Assembly (NCBI GenBank): GCA_964252035.1
Contig: OZ176200.1
Source: Podarcis erhardii
Taxonomy: Eukaryota
Reading direction: 5' to 3' (one strand)
Length of the DNA: 64,000 nucleotides
Each line of letters opens with the position of its first letter. Within the stretch, counting starts at the first letter, position 1. A program made the translations under genes and the position numbers. This document shows, one piece after another, positions 37,861-46,818 of this stretch. The notes under the pieces are model-generated. The model was not told where the DNA came from, did not search any database, and saw nothing but the letters and a program-made list of their open reading frames with translations.

Positions 37861-39347
37861 GTAGGTGGATATATAAGGCATATAAGGGCAGAGTCATCAG
37901 AAGGCAAATCAAGTGATTATCTTGATATAGTGGTCTGACATAAACCCTAGTATATCATAGGCAGCCAAGCCTTGGACTACCCTTCTGGAAACAGAGATGC
38001 TTTTCCTTTGAAGTGTTTATGAAATGAATCTAATGCGGCAAAATATGCTGTGAACACACGGTGGGAGCAGTAGTGTGATGTCATAGCACATTATGCCATT
38101 TTGTTCCATTGGTTGTTTACCTTTAGTTTTTGAAGCATATCAGTTGGGACTCCACCTGCTGAGAGTGTTGGGTCACTCCTCCCTATAGTTTTTATTTCAT
38201 TTTCCTACAGACTTCAATATATTTTGTGTCTAAGACCATGAGTTTGTTGGCAGTGCTTTTTCTTTTTGTCCAATAGGTTATAGAAAAACCCAGCATGCCT
38301 TATGCACACCTAGATGGGCTATGTTTATCTGGATTAAATTACAGCAGTGTACAGCAGCCATAAAACCATGTGTATCTTTAAGCTGAAAACATAAATTTCA
38401 AGCCTTTCTCATTGCCTTCATTTTTCTTGTACCAAAACCATACTTTGGAATGGTTTATTTGAAATGAGTTTGTATGTGTGCTACAGTGTGTGTGTTTCAT
38501 GATCTTAATAATTAAGTGGGCCCTAGACCAAATGGGGAATGAATTATTTGTACGTAGATGCAAATGGAGTTGGGGAGAGAATCAATATTCACAGTTCAAA
38601 ATTAGATAATTCATATTATTATCTGATGTGTACATTTCTGGCACTGACCTTTATAAACAAACTTCCCTAAGTACTCTTGATAAATCTCTGGTGTTTAGTA
38701 TATCAGTATATCAGTCTAATTATTTTTAAAGTGTCAGATGTACAGTATGTACCTAAAATTGTCCTAGAATTATTGTTTTGAATTGCACAAGGAATGATGA
38801 ACTAATGCAGTGTTTTAACAGAATGTTTAATAAATAAAGAGTGTAAGCATATGCCAAAATTTCAATTAGATCTGGGGAGTTTTCCAGCTTCTGATGAGTT
38901 CCTTTAATGCCATCACTGAATACTGACGAAGAAGCATCATTGCTAGGGCAGGATTTCATTCTCTGGCTCATAAAGATAATTCTGAAGAGCTTTTTTGTTT
39001 TGGGTTTTGGAATGAAGATGTCCTTTTATGCACAACCAATAATTAAAACATTCAGAGGTTAAAGAGGGGAAGGCCACCTGCCCTCTTTGATCTGTTTCTT
39101 TCTTCTCACTTTAGAGAGGAAAAATCTTCATACTCTTCTGCTTTTTACTTGTGGTGGGACACACCTGGGACTTTTTCCTTTTGAAAACAATGTTACAATT
39201 TCTCATGAATATTGATGCTTTCATTACACTCAGAGCCATTTTTCTTGTTCTTACAGCTCAGAGAGCTGCTCTAGTCAAGCTGTAGATGCATGAATTTAAT
39301 TTTGAAGCATTAAACACATTTTAAAATGTTTTTGTTTTGTTTTGTAG

Positions 39348-39511
39348 TTTTATTAGTTCCTTGGGAGTGAGTTACATGATGCTCTGCACTGAAAATTACC
39401 CCAGTGTCCTGGCCTTCTGTTTCCTGGATGAGCTTCAAAAGGAGTTCATCACCACATACAACATGATGAAGACAAATACAGCTGTTAGACCATACTGTTT
39501 CATTGAGTTCG
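39348..39511 (+). CDS. SEC22A: SEC22A coding exon 2
   Basis: TAG acceptor, GTAAGG donor; reads (N)[54 protein letters not shown]; splice phases consistent. Confidence 0.97.
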
Positions 39512-39553
39512 GTAAGGAGGATTCACCACTTTCTGTAATGATGGACTTGTTTT

Positions 39554-39584
<31 letters not shown>

Positions 39585-39663
39585 GCTTTCGTAGATTTTC
39601 ACGGGTACAGGAATGCAGGTTTTGGTGTCCTCGGGTGTCTTCCCGTGTAAAAGTTGGGGTGTC

Positions 39664-39707
39664 TAGGCGACGTTTCGACGAGGTCTCACTCGTCATCTTC
39701 AGGCTGG
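39664..39707 (-). ncRNA. Minimal hammerhead ribozyme motif
   Basis: Reverse complement of 39768-39811; core spans 39669-39702. Confidence 0.65.
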
Positions 39708-39767
39708 TGCTTTCGGCTTCTTGTTACTGGAACAGAGCTCTGTTCCAGTAACAAGAAGCCGAAAGCA

Positions 39768-39811
39768 CCAGCCTGAAGATGACGAGTGAGACCTCGTCGA
39801 AACGTCGCCTA
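39768..39811 (+). ncRNA. Minimal hammerhead ribozyme motif
   Basis: CUGAAGA 39773-39779, stem II 39781-39786 / 39793-39798, GAAA 39799-39802, CGUC; predicted cleavage after 39806. Confidence 0.65.
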
Positions 39812-39857
39812 GACACCCCAACTTTTACACGGGAAGACACCCGAGGACACCAAAACC

Positions 39858-39896
<39 letters not shown>

Positions 39897-39973
39897 TTTC
39901 GTAGATTTTCACGGGTACAGGAATGCAGGTTTTGGTGTCCTCGGGTGTCTTCCCGTGTAAAAGTTGGGGTGTC

Positions 39974-40017
39974 TAGGCGACGTTTCGACGAGGTCTCACT
40001 CGTCATCTTCAGGCTGG
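39974..40017 (-). ncRNA. Minimal hammerhead ribozyme motif overlapping the PLE stop codon
   Basis: Core 39979-40012 on the minus strand (CUGAAGA...GAAACGUC); the TGA stop at 39996-39998 lies in the stem II loop. Confidence 0.7.
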
Positions 40018-41711
40018 TGCTTTCGGCTTCTTGTTACTGGAACAGAGCAGGATCTCAGTGTTTGAGTTCCTATAAATACTGTAGAGGGGGTGTGGTGTAT
40101 AGCCTCCAATGTTCTGGGCAGAGAGGAAGTTCCCAGGTTAGTGTGCCTTTTCTTCTTTTGTTCCTTAATTACTTGAGAGATATCTTGAGTGATTTCTTGA
40201 GTGATATCCTGAGTACCACTTAGGTGGGTCATTAGGTGTGGATTAGTTGTTAAAGTCTTTGTGTCTTGACCTCTTGAACTTTGTGAAGAGTTTTCCTGAG
40301 AAGATGGCTGTACTGTACTTAGTTGTGCTCTGGCTTGGCTTCGTGTATAGGGGCGAGCTGTGGTTTTGTGGCTTGTGTCAGCCAGATCTGTGTAGGGATT
40401 GCAGGGGGGTGCAGCATCCGGAGGTGCCACCATGGATTGGCTACTGGATGGTGTCTGTAATTCATCTGTGGAGAGGGTCTGGGTTTGGGTCTGGTGTGGT
40501 TGATTGGTGTTGGCGTTCTGTGTGCCTCTGGATCTGGTGTCAGTTTTTGTGGGGAGGGCTAATTTCCAGATGTCTGGCAAGCGGGATGTGTCGTCACGCT
40601 TGTTCATGTTGTGAGGGTGTTTCTCTATCTCGATGGCTTCCATGATTATTCTCTTGTGGTGATGTTCCGTGTTAAAGAGCAATTTGGAATCTGCAAAATT
40701 AATTTCGTGTCCTGTTTCTTTCATGTGTTGGAAAAGAGAGGAAGTTTTTTCTTCTTTTTTGACGGCATTCTTGTGTTCTGCGATACGTGCATTTATTCGT
40801 CTGTTTGTTTGTCCAATGTACGTGGCTGGGCAGACTTTGCAGGGTATTTCATAGATCCCTTGGTTTTCCAACTGGATTTTATCCTTGGGGTTTCTGAGGA
40901 TATTGGCTATTTTTTGGTTGGTGCAAAAGGCTGTTTTGATATTGTGTTTATGGAGGATTTTGCTAATTTTATCTGTAGTGCCCTTGATATAAGGAAGGAG
41001 GGCCATGCCATTGTTTTCTTCTGTGTCTTGGTTTTTGGGGGGTGTTTCCTTTTGGATTAGCTTCGTAATCCTGTTTTGCTGGTATCCATTGGCAATTAAC
41101 ACGTTTGAGAGATTCTGTAACTCAGTTGTCAAGTGGTCTTTGTCAGCCAGGCGTTTGGTTCTGGAGATGAGAGTCTTGGCTACGGAGTTTATTTGTGCAG
41201 GGTGGTGGTGTGATTGTGCATGTAAGTAGCGGTTGGTGTGTGTTTTTTTCCGGTAGATAGTGTGTCCTAGGGAGCCATCAGGTTTTTTGTAGATTAGGAC
41301 GTCAAGGAAGGGAAGTTGGTTGTTGGCTTCTATTTCCATAGTGAATTGTATTTTGGGGTGTAAGTTGTTGAGATGTGTGAGGAAGCTATCCAGTTTTTCC
41401 TTCCCGTGTGGCCAAATTACAAAGGTGTCGTCAACATATCTGAGCCAAAGTTTGGGTTTGTGTTCTGACTTGTCTAAAGCATTGGTTTCAAAGTGTTCCA
41501 TGTACAGGTTTGCGATGACCGGTGAGAGGGGTGATCCCATAGGTGCTCCTTCTATCTGTTTGTATCTTTGTCCATTGTGGATGAAGTACGTGTTGGTTAG
41601 GCAGTGGTTGGTCAGGTCCAAGATGTATTCGGGGGGATTGTATTTGTTTTGAATAGCTGTCAAGGCTTCATTAATGGGCACTTGTGTGAAGAGAGATACA
41701 ACATCGAAGCT
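39996..41711 (-). CDS. PLE ORF (5'-truncated): reverse transcriptase, GIY-YIG endonuclease and low-complexity C-tail
   Basis: RT motifs SFDVVSLFT, GAPMGSPLSP, LRYVDD, LPFLDV; PLE thumb YRKKTHTNRYL; GIY-YIG GIYEIPCKVCPATYIGQT...RIAEH. The ORF-track start MWLKQ lies in flanking DNA, so there is no real start codon. Confidence 0.93.
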   Translation of the reverse strand, partial: SFDVVSLFTQVPINEALTAIQNKYNPPEYILDLTNHCLTNTYFIHNGQRYKQIEGAPMGSPLSPVIANLYMEHFETNALDKSEHKPKLWLRYVDDTFVIWPHGKEKLDSFLTHLNNLHPKIQFTMEIEANNQLPFLDVLIYKKPDGSLGHTIYRKKTHTNRYLHAQSHHHPAQINSVAKTLISRTKRLADKDHLTTELQNLSNVLIANGYQQNRITKLIQKETPPKNQDTEENNGMALLPYIKGTTDKISKILHKHNIKTAFCTNQKIANILRNPKDKIQLENQGIYEIPCKVCPATYIGQTNRRINARIAEHKNAVKKEEKTSSLFQHMKETGHEINFADSKLLFNTEHHHKRIIMEAIEIEKHPHNMNKRDDTSRLPDIWKLALPTKTDTRSRGTQNANTNQPHQTQTQTLSTDELQTPSSSQSMVAPPDAAPPCNPYTDLADTSHKTTARPYTRSQARAQLSTVQPSSQENSSQSSRGQDTKTLTTNPHLMTHLSGTQDITQEITQDISQVIKEQKKKRHTNLGTSSLPRTLEAIHHTPSTVFIGTQTLRSCSVPVTRSRKHQPEDDE

Positions 41712-42110
41712 CTGTTTGAGCCACAAACCTTAGTGTGATATATAGCCCATTCTTCCAGCACCTTACAAAAAAAGAGAGCTTTCACCTGTCTCACCTCTCC
41801 TCCCCCTGTGTGCTGTGCTGGGGATTCACCAATTTCTTAGATTCCATTTTTTTTTTTATAATATTTTTATTGAATTTATGAAATACAGAAAAAAAAGAAT
41901 AAAAGACAGATATAACCAATTTCTTAGATTCCAGATGCCCTAAGAATATGTCGAAAATGAAGAAGCCTGTGGGCTTTCCCCTTTAAGCACGTATTTTGCT
42001 CTTACATATGTATAGTCCCAGTTACAGATAGGTAGCCGTGTTGGTCTGCCATAGTCAAAACAAAAAATTCCTTCCAGTAGCACCTTAAAGACCAACTAAG
42101 TTAGTTCTAG

Positions 42111-42148
42111 GTATGAGCTTTCGTGTGCATGCACACTTCTTCAGATAC
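42111..42148 (-). ncRNA. Minimal type I hammerhead ribozyme (Neptune-type pLTR, inverted copy)
   Basis: GUAU-CUGAAGA-A-GUGUG(CAUG)CACAC-GAAAGCUC-AUAC: 4-bp stem I, 5-bp stem II, complete core. Confidence 0.8.
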
Positions 42149-42316
42149 ACTGAAACAGAAGTCACCAGACCCTTCTATATAGTGAGAAGGTGGGGAGGGG
42201 TATTACTCAGAAGGGTGGTGGGAATGGGTGATTGGCAGATAGCTGTGATGAGCCTGTTGATGACTCTTAACGACTGCAATAGGTCTTACAGGAAAAAGCA
42301 AGGGGTGAGAAGGTGA

Positions 42317-42712
42317 CACATACACCCGGACAACACCATTACTGGCCCCAACAACATCACACATACCATCTCGGGACTATTTAATTGCTCATTGTCTAAC
42401 ATTGTGTATGCCATCAAATGCCAACAGTGTCCTTCAGCTCTCTATATTGGACAAACAGGCCAAACCTTACGCCAAAGGATAAACGGACATAAATCTGACA
42501 TCAGGAATCACAAGACTGAGAAACCAGTAGGAGAACACTTCAATCTCCCAGGACATTCTATACAAGGTCTCAAAGTAGCTGTTCTATTACAAAGGAATTT
42601 CAGAAATAGACTGGAAAGAGAAGCTGCTGAATTGCAACTTATTACCAAACTTAAAACCATGGAGAAACCTGGTCTGAACAAAGACATTGGATTCTTATCT
42701 CATTATACATGA
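42317..42712 (+). CDS. PLE GIY-YIG endonuclease C-terminal fragment (no start codon)
   Basis: Open frame HIHPDNTITGPNNITHTISGLFNCSLSNIVYAIKCQQCPSALYIGQTGQTLRQRINGH...ELQLITKL...GLNKD; the NCxxxNIVY context is recalled as Neptune-like. Confidence 0.88.
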   Translation, partial: HIHPDNTITGPNNITHTISGLFNCSLSNIVYAIKCQQCPSALYIGQTGQTLRQRINGHKSDIRNHKTEKPVGEHFNLPGHSIQGLKVAVLLQRNFRNRLEREAAELQLITKLKTMEKPGLNKDIGFLSHYT

Positions 42713-42890
42713 CAAAGCCATTTTTCACCTTCTCACCCCTTGCTTTTTCCTGTAAGACCTATTGCAGTCGTTAAGAGTCGTCAACAGGCTCATCACAGCT
42801 ATCTGCCAATCACCCATTCCCACCACCCTTCTGAGTAATACCCCTCCCCACCTTCTCACTATATAGAAGGGTCTGGTGACTTCTGTTTCA

Positions 42891-42932
42891 GTGTATCTGA
42901 AGAAGTGTGCATGCACACGAAAGCTCATATGT
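42891..42932 (+). ncRNA. Minimal type I hammerhead ribozyme at the element 3' end
   Basis: CUGAAGA 42897-42903, stem II 42905-42909 / 42914-42918, GAAA 42919-42922, GCUC; predicted cleavage after C42926. Confidence 0.8.
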
Positions 42933-43361
42933 ATAGTCGTATGCTTTTGTTGGGAAAGAAAGTTCATCATTATGGATGCTGTTAATTCTCATATTATGTG
43001 TGTCGAAGTAAAACAGGCTTGTTTTATTTTGTAAGAATATATTCTGAATTGCATGAAAAGCTAAACAAAATGCAATTCATTAATTATATTAGCCCTACTT
43101 TCAGGCTTGTCAATGCATGAGTCATTAGTTTATTTATAATTAGATTCCTAGCGCTTAATTTTTTGGTGCTGCAAAATTAATTAGCCCATGATATATTAGT
43201 TATAAAGTAGCAACAATATTAAAACCTTCCACAATGGATGTAAGAATTCCAAATAATGAATTTAAATGTGTCTCAGAGACTTATATTGCCCATAAAGCCA
43301 TGGGGTCTCAGATGATTTTATTAACATATGTCTAAGGGGGTTTTGTTTTAATTTTACACAG

Positions 43362-43556
43362 ATAATTTCATTCAGAGAACCAAGCAGAGATATAACAACC
43401 CACGGTCTCTGTCGACAAAGATAAACCTTGCTGACATGCAGACGGAAATCAGGCTGAGACCACCTTATCAAATTTCCTTGTCTGAATTGGGTTCAGCCAA
43501 TGGGTATCCACATGTACCTCTTCCAGAATACAAAGGTACTGGGAAAATATCTACAG
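43362..43556 (+). CDS. SEC22A: SEC22A coding exon 3
   Basis: CAG acceptor, GTGAGT donor; reads (D)[47 protein letters not shown]...KIST. Confidence 0.97.
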
Positions 43557-45650
43557 GTGAGTTTGTTTCCTTTAACATAATTTTGCTTGGAAGGTTCAAA
43601 ACTGGAGCAATTTGCTTATACCAGTCTTGTAAATCTTGGGACCAAACTAGATGTCATTCTTGTTGTTTAGCCTGTCTTAAAATAAAATAAATGGCCATTG
43701 CAATGGGCCTATTCCGGATCAGGAGTGTGGCATGGAGAGATTGCTTTAACCCTTTGCCCCTGCTGCTTTCCTGATTAGAATCTCTCCCACCCACAACACA
43801 GCACATTCAGTTTGCAGTGGGAGGAAAGGTCCCATTGTTTCCCTCAAGGTCAAATGACATGTCTAATTTGATCCTAAAATTTTGCTAAATCTGAGGTCTT
43901 GCTAATGGCTCCACCATATTATTCCACTCTTGTAACAATCAACAAGCTTGAATTTGTGAATATAAGTAAAAAGCCACTGCAAAATTTCACTTGTCTCTAG
44001 AATATGTGATTCTGGATTAGAATGATGGACGTGAATGTAGGGAGGAAGCTACATTTAACTATGAAGCTGACTGAGGTTTGATGGAAATTGTTATCTCATA
44101 TAATCTGTTTATTCCGACATGTTTGTTTTAGAGTAAAATACATGTAGAATAGAAATCTGTATTTTTTAAAAAACATGTTTCTTCCAAACAACTAAGATGT
44201 GCACAGATTAGTGTGTTCTTTCCAGAGTTTGGAAACAGTGATGCTCACAGTGTCTAGTTTTCTTCTTCTGGAGAAATTCCCTTTGTCGCTGCTGTGCTTT
44301 CTCTGACTTTATGAACTGCTTTGGAGAGCCTTTTTCTGCTGCAGCTGTTCAATGCAAACAACATGGAATGACACCCCTCTCAATATTAATGTTCCAGCTC
44401 ATTAACTTCATTGTTGGCACCTTTACACTTCACTGATTTAAACAGAATGATTTAAATATGGTTCAGTAACCTCATTGTCACTCTCTCTGTGTTGCCTAGA
44501 CTACTGTGGATTTTGCCCTGTTTTTTCATATTCATTTTCTGTCACTTGTTGCGGAATAGCACAGTAACTGCTTGTACGCACATTCACTATGAATTGGCAG
44601 ACATTTGTGTGTACCGTTGGCTCTCCAGTAGCACCGATGAATGTCTGCATAAATGCTTATTTTCAGCCACCTCCTCCGCATCTTTTAGCGTCACTATAGT
44701 TTGTAAGAGAATTGTGCAGTGGGCCCCTCTCTGGATTTGCCAGTGAAGCTAGAAGCTTTCATACTTAGCCTACCTCTCCTTCTGCTTCACAGTGCCCCAT
44801 TTAGCAAATACACTAAGGCACTAAGCCTATGTACATTTACTTGGGAGGAAGTCCATTAGGATTGATTGGACTTCCTTGTGAGAAACAAAGGAGTGTCTGA
44901 TTAAGGGGCTAAAAGTGCTGGAGGAGGATAAACTGACAATAGTTTTTGGAAGACTTTTAGGAGATGAAAGGACCCCATTCATTGCCTCCTAGAATACCAA
45001 TTATGGGTATATTACTTTTCATTTTTTTGTAATATTCCACATTGCTGTCAATTAAAAATATGGAAAAGGATCAGGCTGTCAACTTCTGTGCACTTACTTG
45101 CAAGTAAGTACCATTGAGCCCTACTTCTGAGTAAGCATGTTTAGGGTCGGCTATAAGTCATTCTTTAAGATCTGTAACTTATGCATTAGTAGAGCAGAAA
45201 AGCAAACTCTGAGAGCCCTATTTCAAGGGTGAGGCTTAACTACTCAGTGGCTAATTGCAGACTAATTTCACCAGCTAGTTCTATATTTTGGAGATTTACA
45301 GCTGTGCTCCCACAATCCAAGCCTAATAATGAAGAACTTGGGTGCATTAGTTTCAAAACTTATTTTTAACCAGGCCTTGGAGAGTTTCAGTTTTTGCTCA
45401 TGCAAAATATATTTTTTCCAATGTGCTCTGAGAGTTATGCTTCTTCAGCTTGCTGTTATATATTCTCTAAGCAAGTACTCAGTTTAAAATAAATGGAAAG
45501 GGAGTCTCTTAAGCTTATGAGTATTTTCTCATTTAAGTTACAGAATCTTGAGCAGGAAGACACTGAAAAATAGCATTAACATTTTTGGCGCAAACATTAA
45601 GGAACACATCTTTAAATATTGATAAGTGTTTTTCCCCCTCTGCCTTCCAG

Positions 45651-45769
45651 CCCCTCACCAGCGACTGGAACCAGTGACTCTGTCAGGGATTGTTTCCTTT
45701 CTACTCAGCCTTTTATGTGGGGCTTTGAATTTAATTCGTGGTTTTCATGCCATAGAGAGTCTTCTGCAG
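45651..45769 (+). CDS. SEC22A: SEC22A coding exon 4 (first transmembrane segment)
   Basis: Pyrimidine tract plus CAG, GTACTG donor; reads (A)[39 protein letters not shown]. Confidence 0.97.
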
Positions 45770-45807
45770 GTACTGTAGCCATGTTTATGACTTTGTAGCA
45801 GGGAAAA

Positions 45808-45880
45808 CAGGAATGCCTGGCGTGTTCTGGTGCATGGGGTCACAAAGAGTTGGACACGACTAAACAACTAAACAACTACA
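45808..45880 (+). mobile_element. Bov-B (RTE) LINE extreme 3' fragment
   Basis: GCCTGGCGTG...CATGGGGTCACAAAGAGTTGGACACGACTAAACAAC matches the recalled Bov-B 3' end; 11-bp TSD AGCAGGGAAAA (45797-45807, 45881-45891). Confidence 0.85.
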
Positions 45881-46703
45881 AGCAGGGAAAAACAAAAGCC
45901 CAGTCTTGGAAGACTTACCTATCAATTTCTTTTAAAAAAATGCTCTTGCAATAAGTGGTAGTGTTAAATCATTCTCTGAATATTGTTTGGATAAGGAGAA
46001 CCCCCTCTTTTCCCACAGAGGGCTGGCAAGTATGGCCTGCAGGCTGGGTTTGTCCTTCCGAGCTAAGCTGTTTGACATCTCAGCTGGTGGAGCAATATAT
46101 CTTTCTGTTACTGACATGTTTCAGACCTATGTTGCTAGCTTTTTTTTGTAGGGAAGCTGAGCCAGTAGAGAAGTCCGGAATGTTTCACATGTAGACTTTA
46201 ATAAGATTCTTTGAGTTGGTCTAGCTATTAAACTTTACAACAGAAGTAGGTTTTCTCTGGTATGTTTCTGACCACCTCATTATTTCTGGGCCGTTTACAT
46301 GGTGAGTTTGCCTGCCTGCCGTGGATGTCAATGACATTCATTGTTGGTGGTGGAGGAAGCTCTCAGTGTGATAGCACTGAATCATGTGACAGGTTGTTTG
46401 GGGACAAGCAGCTTTCTGTGGGGATGTTGATCCACATAGCCAGTGAACTGTTTTCTTGCATCAGGGAAATCCATGATGGAGTACCTTCTCTCAGTGAATC
46501 CCTTTAGAACACAGAATTGCTGCAAATACTCTCTGTATGCAGAGGATCATAGAAAGATGATGAGAGAAGGATCTGGGAAGTTCTACAGTTCACTTACAGC
46601 AATCCAAGCTAAAGCTCTGGATGCACTAGTTAAAACTGTTCTTTCCTATATTCTCCACTCTGGGAAAATGTTTTGGAGGACTGCACTACACATTGGGAGC
46701 TCC

Positions 46704-46818
46704 TAGAATCATAGAGTTGGAAGGGACTCACAGAATTCTAGGCCAACCCCCTGCAATGCAGGAATTTGCAGCTGGGCCTTATGGAGTTATCAGCTCCATG
46801 TTCTAACCAGCTGAGCTA
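46704..46818 (-). mobile_element. Degenerate tRNA/CR1-tail SINE
   Basis: TAGAATCATAGAGTTGGAAGGG...CAACCCCCTGCAATGCAGGAAT...TCTAACCAGCTGAGCTA, related to 7184-7321. Confidence 0.6.

Larger units (their letters stand above)
39583..39862. mobile_element. Fold-back, pLTR-only Poseidon-type PLE insertion with a spacerless 250-bp palindrome
   Basis: Arms 39613-39737 and 39738-39862 are exact reverse complements; 30-nt extra tail 39583-39612; (TA)n on both sides. Confidence 0.9.
39893..41711 (-). mobile_element. 5'-truncated Poseidon-type Penelope-like element with 3' pLTR
   Basis: Uninterrupted RT plus GIY-YIG reading frame, followed by a pLTR identical to the 31596 and 39583 copies; ends in (AT)n. 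Confidence 0.95.
42018..42926 (+). mobile_element. 5'-truncated Neptune-type PLE with an inverted 5' pLTR
   Basis: Inverted pLTR 42018-42316, GIY-YIG core 42317-42712, 3' pLTR to 42926. 205-bp inverted arms (42112-42316 / 42725-42929, one mismatch seen). 13-bp TSD CATATGTATAGTC (42005-42017, 42926-42938). Confidence 0.93.

Noticed and set aside
38890-38940. CTGATGA motifs as further hammerheads (also near 4600, 13000, 52875)
   Set aside because: No stem II hairpin followed by GAAA at a suitable distance.
39583-40047. CRISPR-like or satellite array of identical repeats
   Set aside because: The repeats are long, alternate in orientation and lack unique spacers; the context is vertebrate and they are explained as PLE pLTRs.
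40247-41652. Several 60-150 aa plus-strand ORFs
   Set aside because: Shadow frames antisense to the PLE RT/endonuclease ORF.
42113-42970. Mirror ORFs MSFRVHAHFFRYTETEV... on both strands
   Set aside because: Produced by the 205-bp inverted pLTR arms.
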